From positions 194,159 to 258,158 of the forward strand of contig JAQZBR010000006.1 in the NCBI GenBank assembly GCA_029237775.1: a stretch of DNA of 64,000 nt, written 5' to 3'. Below are positions 29,701-37,428 of the stretch, piece after piece; the first letter of the stretch is position 1, and each line of letters begins with the position of its first letter. The notes beneath the pieces were generated by a model. The model had not been told where the DNA came from. It worked only from the letters and a program-made list of their open reading frames with translations, and made no database searches. The stretch is from Bacteroidota bacterium (GTDB lineage Bacteria > Bacteroidota > Bacteroidia > 2-12-FULL-35-15). Both the position numbers and the translations under genes were made by a program.

Positions 29701-30330
29701 CTGAGTGTAATCAAATCGGTTAATACAGCAACGCCTTTCTTTGGAACACAAGTGACCTTTGTGATCACCGCAACCAATAATGGCAGTGGAACTGCAACAG
29801 GCGTAGTCGTAAATGATGTTCTTCAAAACGGGTATGTTTATGTTTCCTCTTCAGTAACTGCAGGTTCTTATGATGTACTGACAGGTGAATGGGTTGTCGG
29901 TAATATGATCGATAATTCAACTGAAACATTGACCATGACAGCAACTGTAGTTGAAGGTGGTAATTATGTTAACACGGCAATTATTTATGGAAATGAATCA
30001 GATCCTGATATGACAAATAATAATTCATCGGTGGAAACATTCCCAACCGATTTCTTTATCCCTGAAGGATTTTCTCCTAATGGTGATGGCATCAACGATC
30101 TTTTTGTGATCCGCGGGATCCGTAATTATCCGGAAAACACATTTGTGATCTTCAACCGTTGGGGTGATAAAGTTTTTGAGGCTAATCCATATACAAGTGA
30201 ATGGGATGGTAAATGTGGGAAGGGCTTAAGGCTCGGAGGTGAGCAGCTGCCTATCGGAACATATTTCTATATCCTTGACCTGGGTAATGATACTGACATC
30301 ATTAAAGGAACTATCTATCTGAACAAATAA
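26725..30330 (+). CDS. Ice-binding adhesin-like protein: 2x DUF3494, 5 Ig-like repeats, DUF11-like domain, T9SS type B CTD
   Basis: Two DUF3494 domains paralogous to 24964..26571; five 'G.GL.YQWRKG.VN.VNGGNISG' repeats; SDLSVIK...VTFVITATNNG (DUF11); IPEGFSPNGDGIND...FNRWG...GTYFYIL. Start may be ATG 26743. Confidence 0.9.
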   Translation: MINQFKMKRKALLLLTAAILLLPKINLAQAPVLGTAADFVLFTSVGALSNTGISQLTGNVGSNSGSSTGFGNVNGVMHNNNGTTAAAAADLNLGYNQLNSAIPTFFPAPLLGNGQTLNAGVYSISGASTLNLDLTLDGQGNPNAIFIFQIQGPFSANANAKVKLINDAQACNVFWKVEGLVSLASAVTMRGTIVANNAAINMSTNDTLEGRALSTAGAITIDGTLAYKPIGCGSAVLTGPLAPTLGATACYTLFTSIGPVTNAGVTNVTGDIGSDNGTTTGFNPLLVVGMIHGTPDGSTALAASDLISVYNYLNGLPYDIELLYPAQFGNNLVLTPHTYRMNSAATFTDTLYLNGEGNPNAVFVIQINGALATSTYSKVKLINGTQAKNVFWKVEGAVSINDYSVFRGTIVANNGAISMTTGVYLDGRALTTTGAVNTAAITAIMPPGCGATATSPVISLQPNDQLVCAGDSAGFSVTAVGTGLSYQWRRGTVNLVNGGNISGATSAVLSINPVSAADTAYNYNVIVSGMSSPNDTSDNVSLGITNAIAITSEPMGQTLCPGDSAFFTVMAPGSGLTYQWRKGNVDLINGGNISGATSATLTIDPSSIADTAFNYNVIVTGSCGSDTSVYAFLMITNGVSITSEPMNQISCLGSSVSFATVASGSGLTYQWRKGTVNMVNAGNISGVNTAMLSVNPVTGSDAALNYNVIINGSCVSDTSVNVSLTVDSIRITTEPSNEFVCIGTPASFSAVAAGSGMSYQWRKGAVNMVNGGNISGVNTSVLTINPSTISDIATNYNLIVTGTCGNDTSLNVSLNIDSTRIVSVSPNQSVCLGNSIAFSVNALGSGLTYQWRKGAVNLVNGGNISGATTSVLTINPATILDNATNYNVIVSGSCGNDTSANVTLNVVTAPTATAGSNSPVCTGSAINLTAVTVSGANYSWSGPAGYSSSTQNPVILSASFSDAGNYSLTVSQGGCTSFPSVVAVVVNNCNSDLSVIKSVNTATPFFGTQVTFVITATNNGSGTATGVVVNDVLQNGYVYVSSSVTAGSYDVLTGEWVVGNMIDNSTETLTMTATVVEGGNYVNTAIIYGNESDPDMTNNNSSVETFPTDFFIPEGFSPNGDGINDLFVIRGIRNYPENTFVIFNRWGDKVFEANPYTSEWDGKCGKGLRLGGEQLPIGTYFYILDLGNDTDIIKGTIYLNK
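28090..29445 (+). repeat. Five tandem ~270-bp coding repeats (Ig-like stalk domains)
   Basis: CA(A/G)TGGAG(A/G)A..GG...GTT.A..T..T.AA.G..GG.AA.AT.TC.GG recurs near 28184, 28459, 28732, 29002 and 29272; boundaries approximate. Confidence 0.8.
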
Positions 30331-30363
30331 CATCGATCTAATAACACAATTAAAATAAAGAAA

Positions 30364-31305
30364 ATGAAAACATTTAAAACAATAGGCATCGTGTTGATTT
30401 CGGCACTTGGCGGTATAACAGCCAATGCACAGCAAGCCCCGATGTACACTCATTACATGTATAACACACTTTCTGTAAACCCCGCATACGCAGGGAGCAG
30501 AGAAGCTCTGACTGTCACTGCCCTCCACCGTTCGCAGTGGGTTGATTTCAAAGGAGCTCCTGTTACACAAACCCTGACTCTTCATGCTCCTTTAAGAAAT
30601 GAGCATATTGGTGTCGGGCTGTCATTATCAAATGATAAAATTGGCCCCAATCACAATATTTCGGCTTTTGCAAACTTTGCGTACATAATGAAAGTTTCCG
30701 CAAAATCGAAGCTTGCCCTGGGATTGAGTGCTGGTGCCAATATCTTTCAATCAAATGTAAATTCGATTCAGTTGGAGGGACAGGAAACTGATCCTGTTTT
30801 TCAGACGAATATCAATAACCATGTGACACCTAATTTTGGTTTGGGTGCCTATTATTACAGGGAGCGGTTTTATGCGGGGATATCTGCACCAAATCTTCTT
30901 CAGAATAATTATTCAGTGATAAAGGTGGACGGAAACACTTTAATTGGTAAAGAGCAAAGACACTTTTTCCTGATTGCCGGGACTGTGATCCCTATTTCAA
31001 GCGACCTGGCTTTTAAACCGACAACACTCGTTAAAGTTACATCCGGTGCACCGGTTCAGGCTGATCTTACAGCATCTTTCGTTATCATGAAAAAACTTCT
31101 GATAGGTGCGATGTACCGCTCAGGTGATGCTTTCGGTGGACTGGTTGGTGTGGATATTACCGAACAATTTCATGTAGGTTATTCATACGATTGGTCTTAC
31201 GGATTAAAAACAGCCAAGTACAACCAGGGAAGTCATGAAATTGTATTAAGATACGATTTCATCTATCCAAGCAAGAAACAGATCCATTCACCCAGATATT
31301 TTTAA
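30364..31305 (+). CDS. PorP/SprF family T9SS outer membrane protein
   Basis: QQAPMYTHYMYNTLSVNPAYAGS...RSQWV...GAP, GSHEIVLRY...SPRYF; follows a type B CTD gene. Confidence 0.92.
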   Translation: MKTFKTIGIVLISALGGITANAQQAPMYTHYMYNTLSVNPAYAGSREALTVTALHRSQWVDFKGAPVTQTLTLHAPLRNEHIGVGLSLSNDKIGPNHNISAFANFAYIMKVSAKSKLALGLSAGANIFQSNVNSIQLEGQETDPVFQTNINNHVTPNFGLGAYYYRERFYAGISAPNLLQNNYSVIKVDGNTLIGKEQRHFFLIAGTVIPISSDLAFKPTTLVKVTSGAPVQADLTASFVIMKKLLIGAMYRSGDAFGGLVGVDITEQFHVGYSYDWSYGLKTAKYNQGSHEIVLRYDFIYPSKKQIHSPRYF

Positions 31306-31323
31306 TACCATATAAGAAACAAA

Positions 31324-33261
31324 ATGAAGAAATTATATATACCATTAGTATTATTAACAGCGCTCTCCCTGAGTCTTAGCGCTCAGGAGAAATCACGGAA
31401 AGAACGTGAAGGTGATAAATATGCCTTTCGCTACTCTTTCGATAAAGCAATCGAATCGTATACTCATGCCAAGAATCTTAGTCCGGATGGGCAAAGAAGG
31501 CTCGCGGAAAGTTACAGTAAGATGGATCAGAATAAAGAAGCTGAAATCGTCTATGCAAAACTGATCGGTTCAGGCATCGGCCTCATTGCTGAAGATTATT
31601 ATAATTATGCAATGGTAATGAAAGCCAATGCGAAATATGATGAGGCTAATAAAACAATGGATAAATTCAGCGAGCAAAAGCCGGATGATCTGCGCGCAAA
31701 GAGTTATGCTGGTTCTAAAGCATCCTTTGCTGATTTGCTGAAAGATAATGGCAGCTTTAAAGTTGAAACCTTAAAGGTGAATACCGCTGCACAGGATTTC
31801 GGAACTTCTTTCTATAAAGACCAAATTGTATTCGCTTCCACAAGGTCAGCTGCCAAGATGGTTAAACGATCATATAACTGGAACGGTATGCCTTTCCTTA
31901 ATATGTTCGTTGCAGATAAGGATGGTACCCAGTTAAAAGATCCTAAAAGATTCGATAACAGCCTTAACGGTAAAATGCATGATGGCCCTGGCAGCTTTAG
32001 CAGAGATGCAACCTTTATGGCATACACTAAAAATCATTTTAAAGACAAAAGCAAAGATAAAGTCGTAGAGCTTCAGATTTGTTTCAGCACTTTCAGAGAC
32101 GGAAAATGGTCAGAGGAAGAGCCTTTTAATTATAATAATAATGAATATTCTGTAGGTCAGCCATTTCTGACTGAAGATGGTAATACAATGTACTTTACAA
32201 GTGATATGCCGGGCGGGTACGGAGGCAGTGACCTTTACAAAACCTCAAGAATGCCGGGTAGTGCATGGAACAAACCTGAAAATCTTGGCAATAGTATTAA
32301 CACTGAAGGGGATGAAATGTTTCCATTTGTGGAATCTGAAAAAGGTGTACTGTACTTCTCTTCCAATGGTTTATCCGGATTGGGCGGAACAGATATTTTT
32401 ACAAGTGTGATCACTAATGGTGGATATGGCTTACCTAAAAATTCGGGTAGCCCATTGAATACACAATACGATGATTTTGCATGTATCGTTGACAGCAAAA
32501 CACATAAAGGGTATTTTTCATCGAACAGGTCAGGCGGTAGCGGTGCTGACGATATTTACGGTGTTGAAGTTTTGAAGGTTGCTGATATTCAGAAGAGGAT
32601 CGAAGGCTTTGCACGAGACAGGAACTTAAAGGTTCTGGGCGGTGTATCAATAACACTTCTTGATGAATCGAATAAAGTACTGGATACAATTACTACTAAC
32701 GCGGATGGCTCATTCAGCTTCAAAGTTGCTTCGAATACCAATTATTTACTTACCGGTAAGAAAAAGAAATTCAATGACGGAAATAATGTTGCAAATACCA
32801 ATGGCAATGAAGCGGTTGTCAAAGCTGATGTCATCCTGCTCACTAAAGCGGAAGCCATTGCCTCTGAAATAAAGGAGGGAAAAGATCTCGCTGAACTTCT
32901 TGCTTTGAATACAATTTTCTTTGATTATGGAAAATCTGATATCCGTAAGGATGCGGAGCCTGATCTCGATAAGATCATTGAGATTATGAATGCGTATCCT
33001 GAAATGATTGTGGAATTTCGTTCATACACAGATTGCAGATCAACAAAAGAGTTTAATCAGTTATTATCAGAACGGAGAGCCAAAGCGTCTTCTGAATATG
33101 TAAGACAAAAGATCTCTAATCCTTCCAGGATCCATGGTAAAGGATATGGAGAACCTAAGCTCGCAAGTTTATGCCCTTGTGAAGGGCCTGTGCTTTCTGA
33201 ATGTTTAGAAGGTGAACACCAGAAGAACCGGAAAACAGAATTTATTATCGTTAAAAAATAA
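31324..33261 (+). CDS. PorE-like TPR-PD40-carboxypeptidase regulatory-like-OmpA protein
   Basis: TPR N-terminus, YFTSDMPGGYGGSDLY, GYFSSNRSGGSGADDIY, OmpA IFFDYGKSDIR...SYTDCR...LSERRA...GYGE...NRKTEF. Confidence 0.9.
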   Translation: MKKLYIPLVLLTALSLSLSAQEKSRKEREGDKYAFRYSFDKAIESYTHAKNLSPDGQRRLAESYSKMDQNKEAEIVYAKLIGSGIGLIAEDYYNYAMVMKANAKYDEANKTMDKFSEQKPDDLRAKSYAGSKASFADLLKDNGSFKVETLKVNTAAQDFGTSFYKDQIVFASTRSAAKMVKRSYNWNGMPFLNMFVADKDGTQLKDPKRFDNSLNGKMHDGPGSFSRDATFMAYTKNHFKDKSKDKVVELQICFSTFRDGKWSEEEPFNYNNNEYSVGQPFLTEDGNTMYFTSDMPGGYGGSDLYKTSRMPGSAWNKPENLGNSINTEGDEMFPFVESEKGVLYFSSNGLSGLGGTDIFTSVITNGGYGLPKNSGSPLNTQYDDFACIVDSKTHKGYFSSNRSGGSGADDIYGVEVLKVADIQKRIEGFARDRNLKVLGGVSITLLDESNKVLDTITTNADGSFSFKVASNTNYLLTGKKKKFNDGNNVANTNGNEAVVKADVILLTKAEAIASEIKEGKDLAELLALNTIFFDYGKSDIRKDAEPDLDKIIEIMNAYPEMIVEFRSYTDCRSTKEFNQLLSERRAKASSEYVRQKISNPSRIHGKGYGEPKLASLCPCEGPVLSECLEGEHQKNRKTEFIIVKK

Positions 33262-33280
33262 AAATTCAATTTGAAATCAG

Positions 33281-33315
33281 AGCACCATCCCCAACAGGAT
33301 GGTGTTTTTGTTTTT
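33281..33315 (+). terminator. Rho-independent terminator
   Basis: AGCACCATCC-ccaaca-GGATGGTGTT followed by T-runs. Confidence 0.7.
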
Positions 33316-33339
33316 ACGTTTCCCTGATTGTTTTCCCTT

Positions 33340-33405
33340 TGTGTGAATTATATAACTCTTCTCTGAATTGTATAACATTTACAGGTGATAAAAGACTCAC
33401 TTTTG
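33340..33405 (+). promoter_or_regulatory. Island promoter motif copy 6
   Basis: TGTGTGAATTATATAA-ctcttctct-GAATTGTATAAC (20-bp period); -7 box CACTTTTG at 33398-33405. Confidence 0.72.
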
Positions 33406-33447
33406 TATCAGATTATAAACTGCCGGAAGGCTATAAATACAAAAAAC

Positions 33448-34053
33448 ATGAAATCAATAAGACTTATCATCGCATCTATTACCTTGCTTCTGGCAGGTTC
33501 ACTTCAAGCTCAGGTATCTGTTAACGTTAACATAGGATCGCCTCCGCAGTGGGGTCCGGCCGGGTACACTGATGTAAGATATTATTATTTGCCTGATGTG
33601 GAAGCATACTACGATGTCCAGTCGTCAATGTTCATCTATTTCGGTAATGGGATATGGATACACGAAAGATATCTTCCCGGTCCTTATCGCAATTATGATC
33701 TGTACGGAGGTTACAAAGTAGTAATGACAGATTACAGAGGCGACAGGCCATATGTGTATTTCGATGAATACAAAGTGAAATACAAAAAGGGATACAGAGG
33801 TAAGCCGCAAAAAAACATTGGACATAATCCCGGCAAAGGGAATTCTAATTCAGGTCACGGCCAGAAACATACTTCGAACCAGCAGCCGGGTAATAACGGC
33901 TCATCACATAAGGCAAACAATACTAAGCCTGCTAATAATCAACACCAGGAGAATCGTAAAGCAAGTCCTCAGCAAAATGGAGGGGGAGGCAATGATAAAT
34001 CTCACACCGGAGGAAAGCAAGGGGGCCATGGTGGCGGAGGTAAGAAAAAGTAG
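33448..34053 (+). CDS. Exported hypothetical protein with Tyr-rich N-domain and disordered Gly/Asn/His/Lys tail
   Basis: Signal peptide then AQVSVNVNIGSPPQWGP.GY..VRYYYLPD.E.YYDV; start moved to ATG 33448, downstream of the -7 box. Confidence 0.8.
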   Translation: MKSIRLIIASITLLLAGSLQAQVSVNVNIGSPPQWGPAGYTDVRYYYLPDVEAYYDVQSSMFIYFGNGIWIHERYLPGPYRNYDLYGGYKVVMTDYRGDRPYVYFDEYKVKYKKGYRGKPQKNIGHNPGKGNSNSGHGQKHTSNQQPGNNGSSHKANNTKPANNQHQENRKASPQQNGGGGNDKSHTGGKQGGHGGGGKKK

Positions 34054-34076
34054 CAGCGAAGGTGAATAAGAGTGAG

Positions 34077-34143
34077 TGTGTGAATCATGTAACATATTCA
34101 ATAAGTTCTGTAACACATCTGCATTCACGATAGTTCACCTTTG
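34077..34143 (+). promoter_or_regulatory. Island promoter motif copy 7
   Basis: TGTGTGAATCATGTAA-catattcaat-AAGTTCTGTAAC; -7 box CACCTTTG at 34136-34143. Confidence 0.82.
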
Positions 34144-34183
34144 TCAAAGTTAAATATTAAATCAGAATTTAAATTTTATAAAA

Positions 34184-34405
34184 ATGGAAGACAATACAAA
34201 AATCAAAGTTGATTGGGATGAAACAAAAGAGAAATTGAAGATGCAATTCAATAATCTGTCCTGTAATGACCTGCAGCAATTAGTTAACAAACAGGATGCG
34301 ATACTAGACAAGATCCAGCTAAAGATTGAAAAAACAAAAGAAGAGATCCAAAAACTTATTTCGGGGGATAGCTTTCCTGACATTATCATCAAGCCGATCA
34401 TTTAA
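34184..34405 (+). CDS. CsbD-like general stress protein (divergent)
   Basis: IK..WDETKEKLK.QF..L..NDL....KQD.ILDKIQLKI.KTKEEIQKLI pattern of the CsbD/YjbJ family. Confidence 0.65.
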   Translation: MEDNTKIKVDWDETKEKLKMQFNNLSCNDLQQLVNKQDAILDKIQLKIEKTKEEIQKLISGDSFPDIIIKPII

Positions 34406-34445
34406 AAACATTTAGAAACTTATAAACTTCAAAAAACTTAGAAAA

Positions 34446-35096
34446 ATGAAAAATAAATCCATAATTACCGCATTGTTCCTGTCTTGTGCAGCTATTGTAA
34501 ATGCACAGGAAAGTTCAAATGAAACCGATAACAGAGAAAAGCTGCAATTCGGAATAAAGGCAGGACTAAACTATTCAAATGTATATGATGAGAACAGTGA
34601 AGACTTCCGGGCTGATGCCAAATTTGGTGCTGCTGCCGGTGTTTCCCTCGCTATACCTTTCGGAAAATATCTTGGTTTGCAGCCTGAAGCTTTATTCTCT
34701 CAAAAAGGATTCAAGGGAAGCGGAATGATGCTTGGAAATGAATACAGTTTTACCCGCACCACGACTTATATTGATTTTCCTTTACAGTTAGCCTTTAAGC
34801 CGAGCGAGTTCTTTACTTTATTCGCAGGACCTCAGTATTCTTATCTGCTAAGTCAGCGCGATGTTTTTACGAATACATCTACCAGCTTTATACAGGAGAA
34901 TGAATTTAAGAATGATAACATCCGTAAAAACGTATTCGGTGCGGTAGGAGGATTGGATATCAATCTTAAGCATATCACATTGGGTGCAAGAGTAGGCTGT
35001 GATCTTCAAAACAATAATGGTGACGGAACATCCAGTACACCGCGTTATAAAAACGTATGGTTCCAGGGAACAGTAGGTTATGCTTTTTATAAATAA
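34446..35096 (+). CDS. Outer membrane beta-barrel (porin family) protein
   Basis: Signal peptide; FGIKAGLNYS, LQPEALFSQKG, Y.D.PL, FAGPQYSYLL; ends with aromatic VGYAFY. Confidence 0.85.
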   Translation: MKNKSIITALFLSCAAIVNAQESSNETDNREKLQFGIKAGLNYSNVYDENSEDFRADAKFGAAAGVSLAIPFGKYLGLQPEALFSQKGFKGSGMMLGNEYSFTRTTTYIDFPLQLAFKPSEFFTLFAGPQYSYLLSQRDVFTNTSTSFIQENEFKNDNIRKNVFGAVGGLDINLKHITLGARVGCDLQNNNGDGTSSTPRYKNVWFQGTVGYAFYK

Positions 35097-35127
35097 CATA
35101 AAACATAAAACATAAACATAACATAAA
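35096..35127 (+). repeat. Short imperfect tandem repeat (ACATA + 0-2 A) in an intergenic spacer
   Basis: ACATAAA ACATAAA ACATAA ACATA ACATAA AC. Confidence 0.6.
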
Positions 35128-35140
35128 CACAAAAACACTT

Positions 35141-35719
35141 ATGAAAACAATATTTCTTTTAATTATACTATCCATTTCACTTTCCGCTGCAGTGAATGCT
35201 CAGGACAGACCCGCTCCTGAAAAGTATGGCAAAACCCTTAACCTTGGTGCGGGTGTTGGATATTACGGATATGTTGGGCATCCTTTACCAGTAGTGTCTA
35301 TGAACTTCGAATTTGACATAGCAAGAAATTTTACCCTTGCACCATTCATCGGAGCTTACACTTACAGGAACAGGTATTATTGGGGTAACCCGGGACAGCC
35401 TAAATATGACCCTTCATACAGATATTATTCATACCGCGTCACTGCGGTACCGGTCGGAATAAAAGGGACCTATTATTTTGATCAACTTTTTCATGCAAAT
35501 GAAAAATGGGATTTTTATGCAGCAGGCTCAGTAGGCTTTGTATTCAGGAGCGTTGTCTGGGATAACGATTACTATGGTGACAGGCATGTAAATCAAACCG
35601 CGAGTCCCTTATACCTGGATGCCCACGCAGGAGCTGAGTATCACTTCAGTACTAAAGCAGGCGTATTTCTTGACCTTTCTACAGGAGTGTCGACAATAGG
35701 AATTGCAATTCACTTTTAA
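35141..35719 (+). CDS. Putative outer membrane beta-barrel protein
   Basis: Signal peptide, alternating amphipathic strands, C-terminal IAIHF. Confidence 0.7.
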   Translation: MKTIFLLIILSISLSAAVNAQDRPAPEKYGKTLNLGAGVGYYGYVGHPLPVVSMNFEFDIARNFTLAPFIGAYTYRNRYYWGNPGQPKYDPSYRYYSYRVTAVPVGIKGTYYFDQLFHANEKWDFYAAGSVGFVFRSVVWDNDYYGDRHVNQTASPLYLDAHAGAEYHFSTKAGVFLDLSTGVSTIGIAIHF

Positions 35720-35732
35720 CATTAAACAAACT

Positions 35733-35924
35733 ATGAAAAAATTTAGAATCATTGCTGCTTTTGCATGCAGTATAATATTAATTGGATATTCATCCTGCCT
35801 GGTCGTAGTACCACATGGATCAAACAGTGGTAGTAAAAAAGGCTGGAACAAGAATTCAAATAACCCACATCATCCGAATACTACTAATCCGGGTCACACA
35901 AAACAAAAAAATAAGAATAAATAA
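35733..35924 (+). CDS. Small lipoprotein with hydrophilic His/Asn/Lys tail
   Basis: MKKFRIIAAFACSIILIGYSS-CLVV...GWNKNSNNPHHPNTTNPG; start at ATG 35733. Confidence 0.65.
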   Translation: MKKFRIIAAFACSIILIGYSSCLVVVPHGSNSGSKKGWNKNSNNPHHPNTTNPGHTKQKNKNK

Positions 35925-35947
35925 ACACAAAAAAACAACATACAAAA

Positions 35948-36100
35948 ATGGGAAACTTACTTTACACGATCGCAGTTATTCTTGTTGTTATCTGGGCCAT
36001 TGGGTACCTCGGATTTCAGACTGGCGGAATCATTCACATCCTGCTTGTAATTGCTGTCATTGCTGTGCTTTTTAGAGTAATAAGAGGCAATAGATTATAA
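35948..36100 (+). CDS. lmo0937 family small membrane protein (50 aa)
   Basis: Hand translation MGNLLYTIAVILVVIWAIGYLGFQTGGIIHILLVIAVIAVLFRVIRGNRL*; below the ORF-track length cutoff. Confidence 0.88.
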   Translation: MGNLLYTIAVILVVIWAIGYLGFQTGGIIHILLVIAVIAVLFRVIRGNRL

Positions 36101-36114
36101 TTTAATTTATTAAA

Positions 36115-36156
36115 AAAGGATGTGTGACAGATACTGTTGCGCATCCTTTGTTTTTT
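36115..36156 (+). terminator. Rho-independent terminator
   Basis: AAAGGATGTGTGACAG-ata-CTGTTGCGCATCCTTT (with G-U pairs) followed by a T-run. Confidence 0.65.
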
Positions 36157-36159
36157 CAC

Positions 36160-37320
36160 ATGAGCTTAAAACTATTTGTTATTTTAATTTCTCTGGTAGT
36201 AAATTTATCGGCCGCTCTTTACGGACAGGAGAACCCAGGGTCTGGTAAATCACCTTCCCGGGTAAGTGAAATTCCTCACCGAACCCCACGTGAATTATGG
36301 ATGTGGCCACACCGTGGGTTTGCCATGATCAGTACTCGTGAGCGAAAGATCAACTACGATACTGCTTATATTAAATCGTTCTATAAAAGGATTGTAATCA
36401 CAGTACCGGTGTCTACGCGTTTTTTAAAATTCACTCTCTCGGATCAGAAGACGGGAAATAAGTTAACCTTCGTGCCGAACCTTCAATATAATCTCGGCTT
36501 ATGTGTGAGCTCAAGATGGGCAAGTTTTATTTTGAATTCGGGAGTCAAGGTGCTTACAGGAGATTCAGTTAAAAAGGGAAAGACAACCTATCGTGATTAT
36601 CAGCTTCATCTGTATGGAAGGAAAATCAATACAGATTTGTTTGTACAGCAGTATAAAGGGTTTTATATCAGAAACTCTCAAACTTACTCTGCATACACAG
36701 GCGATAAGCCATACTCGGTCCGATCTGACGTTAAAGCTTTGAATATCGGTGCCAGCTCAGTATATGTAGTTAATCACAGAAGATTTTCTTACGGTAATGC
36801 ATTCGCCTTTGTTGAACAGCAGAAAAAAAGTGCAGGCTCACTCCTAATAGGAGTATATTATACCTATTTCGCTGCAAGCGGAGATCAATCAATGGTACAA
36901 CAACCTTTCAGGAACAGCTTTGATACCCTCTCCATAATTAAAAAAGGATATTCTCATAATGCAGGGTTGAATATCGGTTATATATATACAAGAGTGTTTT
37001 TTAAAAAATGGTACGCGACTGCATGTGTGACGCAAGGGGTAGGTGGTGAGAGCTCGGTTTATACAAGAGACGATAACACTCGTTATTCCCAGTTCTCCGC
37101 AGGTGCCGGAAAGTTAAGTGCTAGCTTCACATTCCGATATGACAATACCCGTTATTTCATAGGAACCATGGGTATGTTTGATGCCTTTCTTTTCAGAGGA
37201 AAAGTGAATTCGACATTTGATTATAGTTTTGGTAAGCTTATGATGTATGCAGGATATAGGTTCTCAGTTCTTAAAGCTGAAAAGAGGATATTGAGGAAGC
37301 TGAAGCTGATCGATTATTGA
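36160..37320 (+). CDS. DUF4421-like outer membrane beta-barrel protein
   Basis: KGKT...DYQLHLYGRK...YKGFY, NHRRFSY..AF...EQQKKSAGSLL.G motifs; start at ATG 36160. Confidence 0.72.
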   Translation: MSLKLFVILISLVVNLSAALYGQENPGSGKSPSRVSEIPHRTPRELWMWPHRGFAMISTRERKINYDTAYIKSFYKRIVITVPVSTRFLKFTLSDQKTGNKLTFVPNLQYNLGLCVSSRWASFILNSGVKVLTGDSVKKGKTTYRDYQLHLYGRKINTDLFVQQYKGFYIRNSQTYSAYTGDKPYSVRSDVKALNIGASSVYVVNHRRFSYGNAFAFVEQQKKSAGSLLIGVYYTYFAASGDQSMVQQPFRNSFDTLSIIKKGYSHNAGLNIGYIYTRVFFKKWYATACVTQGVGGESSVYTRDDNTRYSQFSAGAGKLSASFTFRYDNTRYFIGTMGMFDAFLFRGKVNSTFDYSFGKLMMYAGYRFSVLKAEKRILRKLKLIDY

Positions 37321-37331
37321 ATCCGGATTAA

Positions 37332-37398
37332 CCTGTGAATCATGTAAGAAATTTGCAGGATGCTGTAACAGGATACCTCCTTTGTTATCTCATATTTG
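37332..37398 (+). promoter_or_regulatory. Island promoter motif copy 8
   Basis: CCTGTGAATCATGTAA-gaaatttgca-GGATGCTGTAAC; -7 box CATATTTG at 37391-37398. Confidence 0.75.
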
Positions 37399-37428
37399 CA
37401 GAACATAATCAATATAAAAACAGCTATC

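Noticed and set aside
18642..37398. Repeated motif as CRISPR, REP or IS ends
   Set aside because: Copies are kilobases apart, degenerate, non-palindromic, all co-oriented and fixed relative to -7 boxes; there are no spacers, cas genes or transposase.
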